A stretch of 63,349 nucleotides of DNA, filler included, from Reclinomonas americana ATCC 50394 (GCA_048213135.1; 18 parts of 18 records of this genome joined end to end with filler, not necessarily neighbours in it), one strand, 5' to 3'. Shown: positions 1-13,694, counted from the first letter of the whole stretch. The notes: generated by a model from the sequence alone, not told the origin. Numbers and translations: made by a program.

Positions 1-125
1 CTCACTCACTCACTCACTCACTCACTCACTCACTCACTCACTCACTCACTCACTCACTCACTCACTCACTCACTCACACACTCACTCACTCACTCACTCA
101 CTCACTCACTCACTCACTCACTCAC
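1..125 (+). repeat. (CTCA)n microsatellite, probably intronic
   Basis: Near-perfect tetranucleotide array, followed by (CA)n/(CT)n. Confidence 0.95.
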
Positions 126-153
126 TGCACTCTCTCTCACACACACTCACACA

Positions 154-192
<39 letters not shown>

Positions 193-304
193 TCTCACAC
201 ACACATTGCAGAGAGTGATTGCATGCATTGTCTCTCATGCCTCTCTCTCTTTCTCTCACACTTCCCTTGCCTTCTCTGTGTCGCACACTCTCGCCTACGC
301 ACAG

Positions 305-440
305 TCTGTGAGCGGAAAGTGTGCGCAGTGAGTGCGTGCGTTGCGTGTTTGACATGTCGTTCTCTCTCTCTCTACAGACGCGCCTGTTCCTCCGCCTCCG
401 CCTCCTCCTCAGCAACAGCGTGGAGGGCGAGCAAGGTCAG

Positions 441-475
<35 letters not shown>

Positions 476-3400
476 CAGTGTGTGTCACTGACTTGATTGC
501 ATGCAGTGCTGCTTGCCATGTGGACGAGAACAAGATCATTCATCATCCGCTCAAGCCGACGTGGTGTTGCATGATGGCGCTGGAGGAGGGAGAGGTGAGT
601 GAGTGGGGAGAGGCGAGAGGGCGCTCCTGTGCTTTCCTCCTTCTCTGTCTTTCTCATCTCCCCATCCTTCACCTGTTTTTACTCGTCCCTGACGAGGTCA
701 CTCGCTGCACTCACCACTGCACTCACCGATCCCTCACTCATCCTACTCTAGTTCCTCTCTCATCGTTCTTTCTGTCTGTCTTCCTTGCTTCGTTGCTCGA
801 CTGCCTGCTTGCATCCGCACGGCATCACTCACTGCACTCATGCTCTGCACTCACTCATCCTCTATCTTCTCTCACCCTTCTATCTGACTGCCTGTTGGGA
901 GATGACTTGCTGCACTCATCGACTCCCTCACTGTTCTTGCTGACCCCCCTCGCAGCGTGTCTATCCGCTCGTTTCCTTTGCTTTGTTGCTCGACTGCCTG
1001 CTTGCATCCGCACGGCATCACTCACTGCACTCATTGCTCTGCACTCACTCATCCTCCATCTTCTCTCGCCCTTCTATCTTCCATTCTTCCGCCTGATTCT
1101 TTCTCATCTCTCGACTGCCTGTTGGGAGATGACTCGCTGCACTCATCGACTCCCTCACTGTACTTGCCGATCCCTCACTCAGCGTGTCTATCCGCCCGTT
1201 TTTTTGCTTTGTTGCTCGACTGCCTGCTTGCACTCACTCATCCTCCATCTCCACTCACCCTTCTATCTTCCATTCTTCCGCCTGTTTCTATGTCATCCCT
1301 CGACTGCCTACTACGAGATCACTCGCTGCACCTATTGATTCACTCACTGCACTCACCAATCCCTCACTCATCCTACTCCAGTTCCTCACTCATCGTTCCA
1401 TCTGCCTGACTTCCTTGCTTTGTTGCTCGACTGCCTGCTAGCATCCGCACGGCATCACTCACTGCACTCATTGCTCTGCACTCACTCATCCTCCATCTTC
1501 TCTCACCCTTCTGTCTTCCATTCTTCCGCCTGTTTCTATGACATCCCGTGACTGCCTGTTGGGAGATGACTTGCTGCACTCATCGACTCCCGCACTGTTC
1601 TTGCTGATCCCCCTCTCAGCGTGTCTATCCGCTCGTTTCCTTTGCTTTGTTGCTCGACTGCCTGCTCGCATGCACACGGAATCGCTTGTTGCACTCATTG
1701 ACTCACTCATCCTCCGTCTTCTCTCACCCTTCTATCTTCCATTCTTCCGCCTGTTTCTATGTCATCCCTTGACTGCCTGCTACGAGATCGCTCGCTGCAC
1801 TCATCGACTCACTCACTGCACTCACCGATCCCTCACTCATCCTACTCCAGTTCCTCTCTCATCGTTCTATCTGCCTGTCTTCCTTGCTTCGTTGCTCGAC
1901 TGCCTGCTTGCATCCGCACGGCATCACTCACTGCACTCATTGCTCTGCACTCACTCATCCTCCATCTTCTCTCACCCTTCTATCTTCCATTCTTCCGCCT
2001 GTTTCTATGACATTCCTTGGCTGCCTGCTTCGAGATCACTCGCTGCACCTATTGACCACTTGCTGCACTCACCGATTCATCTTCTTCTCATCGTTCCATC
2101 TGCCTATCTTCCTTGCTTCCCTTCTCAACTTCCTGTAGGCATTCACGAAATCACTCACTGCACTCATTGACTCACTCTCTGCACTCACCGACCCTCACTC
2201 ATCCTTCTCCAGTTCCTCTCTAATCTTTGTTGCTCGACTGCCTGCTCGCGTGCACACGAAATCGCTTGTTGCACTCATTGACTCACTCATCCTCCATCTT
2301 CTCTCACCCTTCTATCTTCCAGTTGCTCACCGTCACTCACTCACGCTCACCAACATCATCTCTTTCCATTCAGTCTTTCACTCCCTCACTCCTTTGCCCC
2401 TTGTCCCCCCTTCCCCCCTTTCCCCTTCCCCCTTTCCAGTCCTTCACCTTCTTCGGCCAAACCGAGCTCACATGCCTGGTGGGCGAGATCCGCGTCTTTG
2501 GCAAGTCACTCCGCGCCTCCGACGGACCCCAATCGCTCATGTCTCCGACGTGGTGCGTACCCACCTTCTTGCACCTGCCCCCCGTTGCACTTGCTTATTT
2601 CCCTTCACCACCAGCCTCCCACCACTGGAGATTGTCGCGATGCGCGGCGTCGATCAGCCCGATCTCATCGGCGGCTTTGAGCAGGAGCTCACCGACGACA
2701 CTGTGTGGCTGGTCAATGGACTGAATTTCATGGCGACCAGCGGTCAAGTTGCGGCATGCAGCAACCAGTGCTCTCACTCTCCTTCCTTCCCCTCACCTTT
2801 TCTTTTGCACAGCTGCACGCCTCCCGCCCCCTCTGCGTGATCCTGCTGCGCGCCCAATCCCCCCACCCATCCGCCACCTTCCTCGACATGGCCGTGAACC
2901 GCCGACACGAGTTTCACCGCGAAACACGACTGGTGCCGAAAACCGGAGTGCGCGTCCTCGGCATTGAAGTGGTGCGTGTTGATCAAAGGAAACTTATGTC
3001 TCACTTCCTCGTTCTCTCAGTGTCCTTCTCCAATTCTCTCTTTCTCTCGCTCTCTCTCTCTTTCTCCTATTCCTTTCTTTTTCTCTCTCAATCTCTTTCT
3101 CTTACTCTCTTTCGCCTTTTCTCTTTCACTCTCTCTCTCTCTCTGTCAATCTCCTTCTCCTTCTCGTATTCCGTTTGTCTCTCTCAATCTCAATCTCCTG
3201 TTCCTTCTCATTTGCATTCCCTCACTCTCTCTTACTCCTTCCCTTTCCTTTTCTCCTTGTCATCTCTCTCTTTCTCACTCTCTGTCTTCTCCTTTTCCCT
3301 CTCATTCTTTCTCTCTTCTCCTTCTCTCTCTTTCTTTCTCTCTTTCTCTTTCTCTTTCTTTCTCTCTTTCTCTTTCTCCTTCTCCTTTCCTCNNNNNNNN

Positions 3401-6400
3401 NNNNNNNNNNNNNNNNNNNNNNNNNNNNNNNNNNNNTTAATTAATTAANNNNNNNNNNNNNNNNNNNNNNNNNNNNNNNNNNNNNNNNNNNNTCTCTCTC
3501 TCTCTCTTACTCCTTCTCCTTCTCATTCTCATTCTCTTCTCTTTCTCCTTCTCCTCTCTCTCACTCTCTTCCCCTTTCTCTCTGTCTCCTATCCATTCCC
3601 TTCTCTTTCTCCTCCTCTTACTCTCTTTCTCCTTCTCCTTTTTTCTCTTTCTCCTTCTCCTCACTTTCTCCTTCCCCTCTCTTTCTCTTTCTCCTTCTCC
3701 TTCTCCTCTCTCTTTATCTCTTTCTTCTTCTCCTTCTCTTCCCCTCTCTCCCCTTCTCTTCCCCTTTCTCTCTCTCTCACACTCTCTTTCCTCTTCTCTC
3801 CTTCTCTCCACGACAGGCCACTCCTCGCTTCCCCTCCAGCATTCGCTACCCAGCCGACGTGGAGCACTCGCTCGCCACCTACCTCGCCACTCGCCAAGGA
3901 CCAACCCCCTCACGCGTGCTGTGTTGCGGCGGCCGCAACGTCGGCAAGTCGACCATGTCGCGCTTCATCGTCAACCAGATGCTAAACATGCATCCCGCCG
4001 TCCTCCTCCTCGACTGCGATGTCGGCCAGACCGAGTTCACCCCGCCCGGCATTGTGTCGCTGTGCTTGTTGGAGCGGCCCATTCTGGCGCCCTCGTTTGT
4101 TGTGGACAGGAGGCTGTTGCAGTTGCGGAGGGGTTGGAGAGGAAGGGCGGAGGGGGTTGAGGGAAAGGCGGAGGGATTGTCTATCCTTACTCCCCGCTTG
4201 ACATTCACATGCTCAATTCTTTCGCTCAATCACTCTGTCTCACCCGTGTTCTACGCTACTCCGTCTTTCTCTCAGTACACTCTCTCACTCTCTCACTCTC
4301 ACCCACGTGGCTTGCGTGCTTATTTCTTTCGCTCAGTTTCGTTTTCGCACTGCTCTCTCTCTCACCTCTATGCTTCTTCGTCCTTCTCTCGATTCACTCT
4401 CGCTCTCTTCTTTTCACATACTTTACTCACATGCTCATTTCGCTTCTCAGTCGCAGCTTTTCTTATCCATCTTTCTCTCGATTCACTCTCGCTCTCTTCT
4501 TCTCGCCCACTTAACTCACATGCTCATTTCGCTCACATTTCGTTCACGCACTCAGCACACTCACTCTCACTCTCGCTCTTTCACTCTCCACTTTGCTTCT
4601 CCATCTTTCTCTCAATTCACACGCACTCTCACCCACGTGGCACACATGCTCGTTTGTGCGCTCAATCTTGTCCACGAAGTCAACACACTCACTCTCGCAC
4701 TCTCCCTCTCACACATTCTCCTCTGACTTTCTCTCGATTCACTCTCACCCACGTGGCTCACATGCTCATTTTCTACCCCGCTCTCTGACTTCTCTCACTC
4801 CCACCTATCCACTGACTTTAGCTCACGCTCGTACTCTTGCTATCATTCACCGACTTTCCTCTCTCCTTAGCTGTCCTTCACTCGCCACTTGCATCTGGAC
4901 TTTGTTTCACCATGATTGGTGCATCTTGTGACATTCGCACTCTCAGTCCATTCAGCTCTCGGCAGTACGTTCATGTTGGTGTCTTTTCAGTCTCGTTGTC
5001 TCTCTTTGTCTCTTTCTCTTCTTTTGCTTTTCCCATGTGCTGGGTTCTTCCCTCCTCCCTCCCCTTCCGTCCTGCATCCCTTCCCCTTCCCCTTCCCCTT
5101 CCCCTTCCCCTTCCCCTTCCCCTTCCCCTTCCCCTTCCCCTTCCCCTTCCCCTTCCCCTTCCCCTTCCCCCTTCCCCTTCCCCTTCCCTCTCCCTTTCCC
5201 TAATACTCTCCCTTTCCCTTGTACTCCCGCGCAGTGCCAAGTACGTCGGCAGCACATCCCCGCAAGACGACCCCCTTCGCTACGTGGACAGCGTGGAGTA
5301 CCTCTGCAACGTGTATCGCACTCGCTATCCCTCCCTCCCCCTCGTGATCAACACCAACGGATGGGTTCGAGGTGCGTCTTCTCAACCCCGCGCACACTTC
5401 ATCAATGCACTTTTCTCATCTCGCCACAGGTCTCGGATTCGACCTGCTGATCGAAGTCTGCCGTCGCTCGCGACCGACGCACGTGGTGCACCTGCGTGCC
5501 TCGTCCGCCGATCGCGAGGTCGAAGTGACACCGTTCACGGCGGAACTGTTCAGCCGATCACGCATGTTTGATGGCGACGACGAGGCGCCACCGACTGGCA
5601 CGCTCCCGACTCTCGCGATTGCACCCGTCACCTCTGTTGCCGCCCGCAAGTGCGTGAATCAGGTTGGGTGGCACGGGTGGTTTCGTGTTTACTGATCGCG
5701 ATGTTGGTAGGGGTGTGCTGGAGGCTGCCGACATTCGCGCGCTTCATCTGGTCAGTTACTTTGCTCCCGTGCTGATGGAGGCGCAGGAGGCTGTTGAACA
5801 GGTGTTTTCCAGGTGAGGAGTACGTGAGAGGGAATTTGACATAGTGCACATGAGCAGCGATGTGTTATCACTCTCTTCCCAACGCTCACCTCTGCTTGTT
5901 GTCGCAGGTCCATGGCCTCCGCGCAGTTGCCATCCACTGCGAACGCATCGGTACCGAGCATCGGAGGTAAGGAGTGATTGTTGTGAGAGACTTTCTATTA
6001 GCTGTCGTTGTCGCATTTGTCGGTCTTTCGGATTCTTGCCTGCTATCTCTCCATCTTTTCGTTTATCGTCTCTCCTTGGTTGTGTTTGTCGCCGCTTGTA
6101 CCTTTCGTTCTCCATCGCCTTCCCTGTCGTCGTTCGCCTTTCTTCTCCCTCACCTCGTGTTTTGTCTTCATTTTGTTGGTGTCTCTCTCCCTCATCTTGA
6201 CTGTCTAGTTCTCTTCACTATCTCGCCTGTTGTCTCTGCATTGTTTCTTCATTTTCACTTGTTGTATCTCCCTCGTGTTGTGTTTGTCGTCTTCAGTGTT
6301 ATGTCTGTCATCTCTTACTCGTCTCGCCTGTCTTCTCTCCCTCGTCTCTCCATCACCTAGCCTGTCTTCTTGCCTTTCTTCTCCCCATCGTCTTGCGTGT

Positions 6401-7883
6401 TGTCTCATCGTTATCATACCTGCTGTCTCTTTATTCCTTGCTTGTCGTCTCTTCCTTGAATCAGTCGTCCTTTGATTGTTTGACCTGTCGTCTCTTGATT
6501 GCTTGTCGTCTCTCCCTCATCGTGCCTATCGACTCTCCATCGTCTTGCCTGTCCTCTCTCCATCACTTGGCCTGTCTTCTTGCCTTTCTTCTCTCCATCG
6601 CCTTGCGTGTTGTCTCTTTCTCGCCTTTCTTGTCGTGTCTCCATCCCCTTGCCTTTCGTCTCTTCATTGATTTGCGTCCCTTTCCCCCACCTTCTCCCCA
6701 ACCCCAGATCTCCTCTCCGTCGGCACCCCCTTCCGCGTCCCCTGGAATCACTTCCGCGTGCTCTTCCTCGACGACTGCGCCCCTCCACCCGGTCCGGCCG
6801 TCATCGACGCACTCAACTGCTCGCTGGTGGGTCTCCTCGGCAGCCGCACCGCATCGCACCGAGTAGCAGAGGAGGACGGCGACGACGAATATCCCTTGGT
6901 CGTGAGATCCGATTCGGACAGCCATCTCGAGTGGCTTGGCTACGGTATGGGCGGTGGTGTTTTCCCGTGCCCTCTCTCTGTTTCTCCCTGAAAATCTCCA
7001 GCTGTCCCCTCGTTTCTGCATCCTCGTTCAAATCCTCTCGCCCTTCTTTCCTCTTTCCACTCGTTAACTGTCTGAAGTCTCTTCGTTGACTGCAGTTCTC
7101 TCCACTCCTCTCTCATTATTTTTCCGTTTACATCTCTCTCCTTGTGAGTTTCTCTTCGTTGTCTCCAGATCCTCACTTGAGGACAACAAAGAGAAATTCA
7201 GCGAGAGTGTGGGAGAAACGGAAGAACAGACGAGAACAGAGAAATCAGGGAGAAAGGGTCTACGGTTGAGAGGAAGGAAACACAAGAGAAAGTGGGGAAT
7301 AGAACGAAGAGGAGCAGATAGAGGGAGAGCGCATTCCTATTACCGTCACTTTGTGCTTCTCTGATTCTCCCACTCTTTCCTCTCTTATTGTTATCCCGTT
7401 GCTTTCTCACTCTCCTGAATTCTCCGCTCCCTCCTCTGTTTTTATCTTTCTTCTCCCCTCTCCTCATCTCCCTCGTACTCTCTGTGCCTTCTCCCTTTCT
7501 GTCTCCTTTCCCTTCTGCCCCTTTCCCACTCCTCCTCACCCTTTCCTATCACAGCCATTGTCCGCGGCGTCGACTACGAGCACCGCGAACTGCTCATGCT
7601 GACACCCGAGCCGCCGGCGGTGCTCGACCTGGTGCAAACCCTCGCGCGCGGAAGAATAGAATTGCCCGCCAAATTCCTGCATCAGGTTTCTTCGTCTATA
7701 TTTTCTTCTCTTTCATTCCCCCGTTAACCCCCCTTTCGGAATCTGCAGGAGTGCGCCATGTCACGCCTCTATGTGTGTGGCGATGCGCTGGAGAGCGGAA
7801 ACACTGGCTCGGCCAAGCTGCAAGGTCGCCGATTCCTGCAGCGCAAGCGCTTCATGGGCGCCGCCTCGGCTGCCGCCGACTAG
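305..7883 (+). CDS. NOL9: Polynucleotide 5'-hydroxyl kinase NOL9/Grc3 (Clp1 family), multi-exon, 5' end probably outside the window, spans the gap at 3393-3491
   Basis: Spliced exons give the P-loop RVLCCGGRNVGKST, LLDCDVGQTEFTPPG (DxGQ motif), PLVINTNGWVRG, PFRVPW...ALNCSLVGL and IVRGVDYEHRELLMLTP; intron phases are consistent to TAG at 7881-7883. Confidence 0.88.
690..2330 (+). repeat. Degenerate tandem repeat (units roughly 190-230 bp) filling a NOL9 intron
   Basis: Blocks such as gcatccgcacggcatcactcactgcactca recur near 810, 1003, 1440 and 1910; ctgcctgttgggagatgac recurs near 888, 1114 and 1552. Confidence 0.85.
3393..3491. other. Artificial contig spacer (first of 17)
   Basis: N-run, TTAATTAATTAA (stops in all six frames), N-run; about 100 bp each time. 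Confidence 0.98.
5079..5185 (+). repeat. (CCCTTC)n hexamer array upstream of a 3' splice site
   Basis: Array lies just before the acceptor at 5234. Confidence 0.9.
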
Positions 7884-8139
7884 ATTCACAATAGTAATTG
7901 GTAAAGATATTGCGTCTGTTAGAGAAACCCCTGCGACGGAGAAAACTGCGTTTCCGATACAGAGAATCGACGATTCCACCGCAGGCTCGCACGGGAAGAA
8001 CACGCGCGGAGCATGGTAAATACGCGCCGACGAGGGTGTTTTGTCATTCATCGAATTCGTCTCACTGTGTGCGAGTGGGATAGGTAGAGAGAGGGTTAGA
8101 ACAGAAAGAGAGACAAGCAACAAAGGTTGAGTAGAGTAG

Positions 8140-9807
8140 ATGAGAAACATTGTCGGTCTTTTCGTGTTGGCGGCGATATGCGCCGTCGCCGTGGCCATCA
8201 GCTACGACGGTCGCGATGGTCAGAACAGTGACTACAGTGACTGGTACAGCCAGTCCAAGATTAGTGGTGCGTTGGTGGAGCAGCAGTGTTTGTTGTCTCT
8301 TGCTTGTTGCACCTGTCGTCTCTCTTGCTTGTTTCACCTGTCGTCTCTTTTGCCGGTTGCGCCTGTCGTCTCTTTTGCCGGTTGCGCCTGTCGTCTCTTT
8401 TGCCGGTTGCGCCTGTCGTCTCTCTTGCCGGTTGCGCCTGTCATCTCTCTTGACCTTGTTGCACCTGCCGTCTCTCTTGACCTTGTTGCACCTGCCGTCT
8501 CTCTTGACTGTTTCACCTGCCGTCTCTCTTGGCTGTTTCACCTGCCGTCTCATCGCTGTTGCCACCCCCATTTCCCTTTCCATTCTCCCTTCCCATTCGC
8601 CCTTCCCCTGCCCTTCCCCTTTCCCTTCCCTTCCCTCCCCCTTCCCCTTCTCCCTTCTCCCTTCTCCTTTCTCCTTCCCCTCACCTCCTCCCTTTCCCTC
8701 TTGTCAGGTGGCGGCTCGTGCTACCACGACGTGCAGTGCCTCGGCGGCGGACCCTTCTTCGACAACGCCCGCGCTCAGGTCGACTCCAACGCCAAGTGCG
8801 TGAACGGACGCTGCGTCGGCGGCAACTCCGCCAGCTTCGGCTCGCACTACCAGTGCCGTCTCGCGTCGGGTGCCGCCTGCCCGGCCGCCAATGGCATTCC
8901 GTGCACACTGAACTGGGACCCGCAGTTCCCGAACAACCCACCCATTCCGAGCTTCAAGGGTCTGTGCCTCGACTGCCCCGACGGCGGTCGCTGCAGCGGC
9001 AATGGCGTGTGCGGTGCCGACCTGCGCTGCCACTGCTTCGGCAACTGGACGGGTCGCGCCTGCGAACTGCAGCAGGGCGGCAACAGCACCAACAGCGGCA
9101 ACAGCACCGACTGCGGCTGCCCCCCGACCCCGCAGCCGCCAACCCCGCCGCCATGCAACAGCACCGCCGGCGGCCACAACTCCACCTGCCCGCAGCCGCC
9201 GACCCCACCGCCATGCAACAGCACCGCTGGTGGCAACTCCACTTGCCCGCAGCCGCCGACCCCGCCGCCGTGCAACAACACCGCCGGAGGCAACTCCACT
9301 TGCCCGCAGCCGCCGACCCCACCGCCGTGCAACAGCACCGCCGGCCACAACTCGACGTGCCCTCAGCCGCCGACCCCGCCGCCACCCACGCCCGGCAAGA
9401 ATGACACCGACTGCGGCTGCCCCACTCCCACTCCCACCCCCACCCCCACGCCCGGCAAGAACGACACCGACTGCGACGACCACAAGCCGCAGCCGCCACC
9501 GTACGGCGATTGCACGCCGCCCGAGCCGGAGCCAGAGCCAGGACCATACCCGCCGCACACTGGCGGTCACCACAACGGTGGCCGCAAGCCGCAGCCGCCC
9601 AAGCTTCCGGTCCAGACCTACACGCAGTGCTACGCCGGTCAGGAGCAGATTTGCGGCCAGTACGGTAACTGCGCCGGAGCCAGTGGCTCGGTGCCCGGCC
9701 GCTGCATCTGCCACGTGAACTGCTCGTGCGACCAGCACAACAACTGCACGTGCGGCCAGTGGGCCGACTTCCACGGTGCCGCGTGCAGCGTGTTCCGCCC
9801 GTTCTGA
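8140..9807 (+). CDS. Secreted Cys-rich EGF-like, Pro/Thr-rich repeat glycoprotein; exons 8140-8266 and 8708-9807
   Basis: Signal peptide MRNIVGLFVLAAICAVAVA; GT-AG intron 8267-8707; EGF-like CSGNGVCGADLRCHCFGNWTGRAC; repeats of CPQPPTPPPCNSTAGGNST; C-terminal Cys module; strong GC3 codon bias. Confidence 0.85.
   Translation: MRNIVGLFVLAAICAVAVAISYDGRDGQNSDYSDWYSQSKISGALVEQQCLLSLACCTCRLSCLFHLSSLLPVAPVVSFAGCACRLFCRLRLSSLLPVAPVISLDLVAPAVSLDLVAPAVSLDCFTCRLSWLFHLPSHRCCHPHFPFHSPFPFALPLPFPFPFPSLPLPLLPSPFSFLLPLTSSLSLLSGGGSCYHDVQCLGGGPFFDNARAQVDSNAKCVNGRCVGGNSASFGSHYQCRLASGAACPAANGIPCTLNWDPQFPNNPPIPSFKGLCLDCPDGGRCSGNGVCGADLRCHCFGNWTGRACELQQGGNSTNSGNSTDCGCPPTPQPPTPPPCNSTAGGHNSTCPQPPTPPPCNSTAGGNSTCPQPPTPPPCNNTAGGNSTCPQPPTPPPCNSTAGHNSTCPQPPTPPPPTPGKNDTDCGCPTPTPTPTPTPGKNDTDCDDHKPQPPPYGDCTPPEPEPEPGPYPPHTGGHHNGGRKPQPPKLPVQTYTQCYAGQEQICGQYGNCAGASGSVPGRCICHVNCSCDQHNNCTCGQWADFHGAACSVFRPF
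8330..8550 (+). repeat. 25-27 bp tandem minisatellite in an intron
   Basis: ctgtcgtctcttttgccggttgcgc and variants repeated. Confidence 0.85.
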
Positions 9808-10020
9808 GTGCGTGAGAGAAAATAGTGTTCGACTGCAGTGCCAAGTGCGCACTGTGTGCTCGGAAGAGAGGGAAGAAAACAAGGGATAGTGAACAACATC
9901 AACACGATGACAAAAACAACGATTGCATTGTGGCGATTTTTTCTTTCTCTTCTTCCATGTACACACACGCAAACAGCACAGAGGCACACCTACCCAGATT
10001 CTTCTCCCTCTCCCTCTTAC

Positions 10021-11279
10021 TTAACGCAGCGGCTGCTTCAACTTGGGCACAGCAAAATTCTTCTCCAGCGAATTCAGTGCCGACAGGAGGCTGCCACCAA
10101 AGATGCTCTTGCCGCTCGACTTGCCGAGGCTCATCACCGACGGCTTGGGTGGGGCCACGGGGAGCGCTGGCGCGGGGCCGGAGAAGAGCTTGCGGCGAAT
10201 GTCGGTGGCGGTGGAGGAGGTGGTCTGTGAGGAGGGAAAGGGATGAGGGGAAGGGTGAGGGGAAGGGAAAGGGTGAGGGGAAGGGTGANNNNNNNNNNNN
10301 NNNNNNNNNNNNNNNNNNNNNNNNNNNNNNNNTTAATTAATTAANNNNNNNNNNNNNNNNNNNNNNNNNNNNNNNNNNNNNNNNNNNNGGGGAAGGGTGA
10401 GGGGAAGGGTGAGGGGAAGGGTGAGGGGAAGGGCGAGGGAAAGGAGTAAAGGGGGGTAAAGGGGGAAGAGTGAAGGGCGTGAGGAATGGGAGAGGCGAGA
10501 GGGGAGGTAAGATGAAGAGGGTCGAGGGAGGATGGAGGGTTGAGGGTTGATGACGAAGGGTTGAGGCTTGCTTGCATAGGATTGAGGAAAGGAGAAAGGC
10601 AAGAGAACTGAGGGTAGTTGGAAGAGGACGAGAAGAGAAAAAGGAGTGAAGGATCAATAGATGAGAGTCGAAGGTCGAGGGTTGATGGCAAAGGGTTGAG
10701 GGTTGACGACAAAGGGTTGAGGGTCACGATTCAACGGTAGAGAAATGAGAAAGTTGTAAGCGGAAAACAGGGAGTGGGAAGTGAGAAGACAGGAAGAGTT
10801 TGAGCTTTTGGGTTGAGGGTTCATAGCAAAGGGCCGAGGGTTGAGGTTAAGGGTCACGAGTGAAAGGTAGAGAAATGAGGGAAGTTGGTAGAAATGAGGG
10901 AAGTTGGAAGAAAAGAGAAGGGGAGAAGTAAGAGACATAGGAGACAAAGGAGGCACCACTCACCGAGGGTGCAGGAAGTGAAAGGGTAATAGATGAGGGT
11001 AGATGGCGAAGGGCTCAGGATTGATGAAAAAAGAGTTGAGGCTCACGAGTAAAGAGAAGAAAACCGAGGGAAATTGCAAGGGAAAAGAATAGGAGACAGA
11101 ATGAACGGGAGACTGACGTGTTGTGGGTTGAGGACTGAGTGTTGCGAAAATAACACGACTCACAGAATGAGCAAGCGCTCTCTCACACGCACACACACGC
11201 TCTCTCTCTCTTCCTCTCTTGTGCGAGTGAGAGAGAGAATGACACATTGATCTCACATTGTCTTTCTTGTTCTCTCTTT

Positions 11280-11374
<95 letters not shown>

Positions 11375-13694
11375 CCTCTCTTTCGCTATCTGACCCCACA
11401 ATCACGTTTCTCTCTCTCTTCCTGGTCGACAAACCTTCGCCACCTTCACCGCCGGCGGAGACACCTTGTTCTCCTGTGGTGCTGGTTCTGATTCCTCTGC
11501 GTCCTCCTCGCGTGCTCGCTTGGTCCGCCTGCCAGTCGACACAATAGTGAGCACAAATGTAATGGAGATCTCCTTTCCCGCAGTACGGGCTCACCGTGCA
11601 TTGCTCTTGGCCGGCTTCTTGCGCTCGGGTGACGAGAACACCACCTTTTCTTCCATTGTCTCGTCCTCATCTTCGGATTCCACCAGCGAGCGCGCTGCTG
11701 CTGCTTTGCTCGGCTTCTTGCTGGGGTGGGAGGAGGACGGCTTGGTTTCGGTGGCTGAGGAACGAGGATGAGAACTGGAGAAAGGAACAACGGAGTTGCC
11801 AGTTGACATACCTCGACTCAGCTGCGCGCGCAGTTGCTCAATCTCGCGCAGTTGCTATAGAGCAGAAGGATGAGCTATAGAATCCAAGGGAGTAGGAAGC
11901 ACGTATGGCATACCTTATCGCACTTGGTGTGCAGCGCAGTCTCTCGCGCGCGGTACTCTTCCAGCTGGGCGGCCGTAGTGTCGTCAGAGTGTGAGTCGTT
12001 GTGAGAGGAGAGCTACGTGAGGGTGAAAAACGGTGTGAGTGCAGCTCGAAGAAATCGCGATGAACCACGCAGACACCAACCTCACGAATGCGCTTTTGCA
12101 ATTGCTTCCGATTACGCTGCACAGAGATTAAGAAATCGACAGCACACGCCGTGCAACACTGATCTCAGTTCACCTTTTCATCCTCCAGTTGCTTCTGCAG
12201 TGCGACGATATCCGCACGAGCGGCATCCAACGAGGCCACGTCGAACTGTGGCGTGACTTCAGAGCGATTCATAGAATCCATTCTCAACAAGTGTCTCACC
12301 TCGGCATTGTCGGCATTCTCGCGCAGCGTGGCCTTGACGCTTTCGTGTTGTGCCACTTGCGCCTCCAGCGCAGTAAGACGCTCCCTCGTGTCGGCGTATG
12401 TGTGATCGAGGCAGACTGCGACTCGAGACGTGAGGTCATGAACAGGGGGCTTGTCGCTCGAGCAAGCGTGTCGGCTCACCAATCTGCTTGCGCAGCTCCA
12501 GCTTCTCCAACTCCATGATATCCTTGGCGCACTCGGCACGGCGGAATTCGTACTCGACGTCAGCCAGACGGAGCGACAGCGTGCGTTGTGTTTGTGTGTA
12601 CTTTTCCTGCAGTGCGAGAAGTGAGGGGAAGTGAAGGAGAAGGGAGGGATAATGGACAGGGCACAAACCTCGGCGTCTGCGCGCGCCAGCTCCTCGTACT
12701 TGAGGAGCATTTCCAGGCGCTGGATATCGCCGCCAATGACTGTGGAGGAGGGGAAGGGGGGAAGTGAGGGGAAAGGGGGAAAAGAGGGGAAAAAGGGAAA
12801 GGGGGGAGGGAGGGGAAAGGGAAAGAGAGGAGGAAGGGAGGTGGAAGGGAAGGGAGGAGGAAGGAAGGAGGGAGGCAGGCGGGAGGGGAGGGAAGAGAAA
12901 GGGGAAGGGAGGGAAGGAGGGAAGGAGGGAGGGAAAGAAGGGGAAGAGGGAAGTGAAGGAAGGAGGGAAGGAGGGAAGTGAAGGAAGCGAAGGAAGCGAA
13001 GGGATGGGAGGAATGGGAGTAATGGGAGGAATGGGAGGAATGGGAGGAAAGAGAAGAAAGGTGAGCGACAGAGAAGGATATAAGCAGGAAGGGGACAAGC
13101 GAGAACAAGGAGAACATCACGGCGCAAGGATATCCATGAGTGTGACTCAGTAACTCTACGAATAAAGTGGGCGATTGGGGAGCGTTGCAATAGAAAGTGA
13201 GAGAAGGGGGAAATGCACAAAAGAAATGATTGAGGTGGAGGACGAGATAGAGATGAGGGGGACGTGCTTGCGTGTGGCTCTGTTGAGCGATTTGCAAGGA
13301 AGCATGTGTGAGCAAGGTGTGGCGATCCTCTTTCTTTCCTTCTGCTGTTCTCGTGGCTTAGAAATCGAGGGATTTTCTCTCCTTCGGCAAGAGCGTGTGC
13401 GCAAAGCAGTCGCGTCTTCATCGTTGGTCAGCATCCCGAGAGAGAAATAGCACTTGCTCTGGTAACACTTTGTGCTCGTGCTTCTCTTTCTCTCTCTGCT
13501 CAGAGGGCCACTATCATCTCGATCGCTCTCCCTTCTCCCGTGTTGCTATCTTGCTCTGNNNNNNNNNNNNNNNNNNNNNNNNNNNNNNNNNNNNNNNNNN
13601 NNTTAATTAATTAANNNNNNNNNNNNNNNNNNNNNNNNNNNNNNNNNNNNNNNNNNNNTGTGTTCCTCCCACCTTTCTTCTTTCTTTCCCTACG

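Noticed and set aside
1..125. Telomeric repeat at the window start
   Set aside because: The same (CTCA)n occurs internally in introns.
223..2170. Long ORFs in CT-rich and repeat DNA (also 12165-13421, 17295-18059, 34481-35524)
   Set aside because: Stop-poor low-complexity intron sequence with no protein-like features.
3437..3448. Recurring TTAATTAATTAA flanked by Ns
   Set aside because: Artificial six-frame-stop linker, not biological.
8267..8707. In-frame 441-nt stop-free segment as coding sequence
   Set aside because: GT-AG ends, minisatellite and polypyrimidine content indicate an intron.
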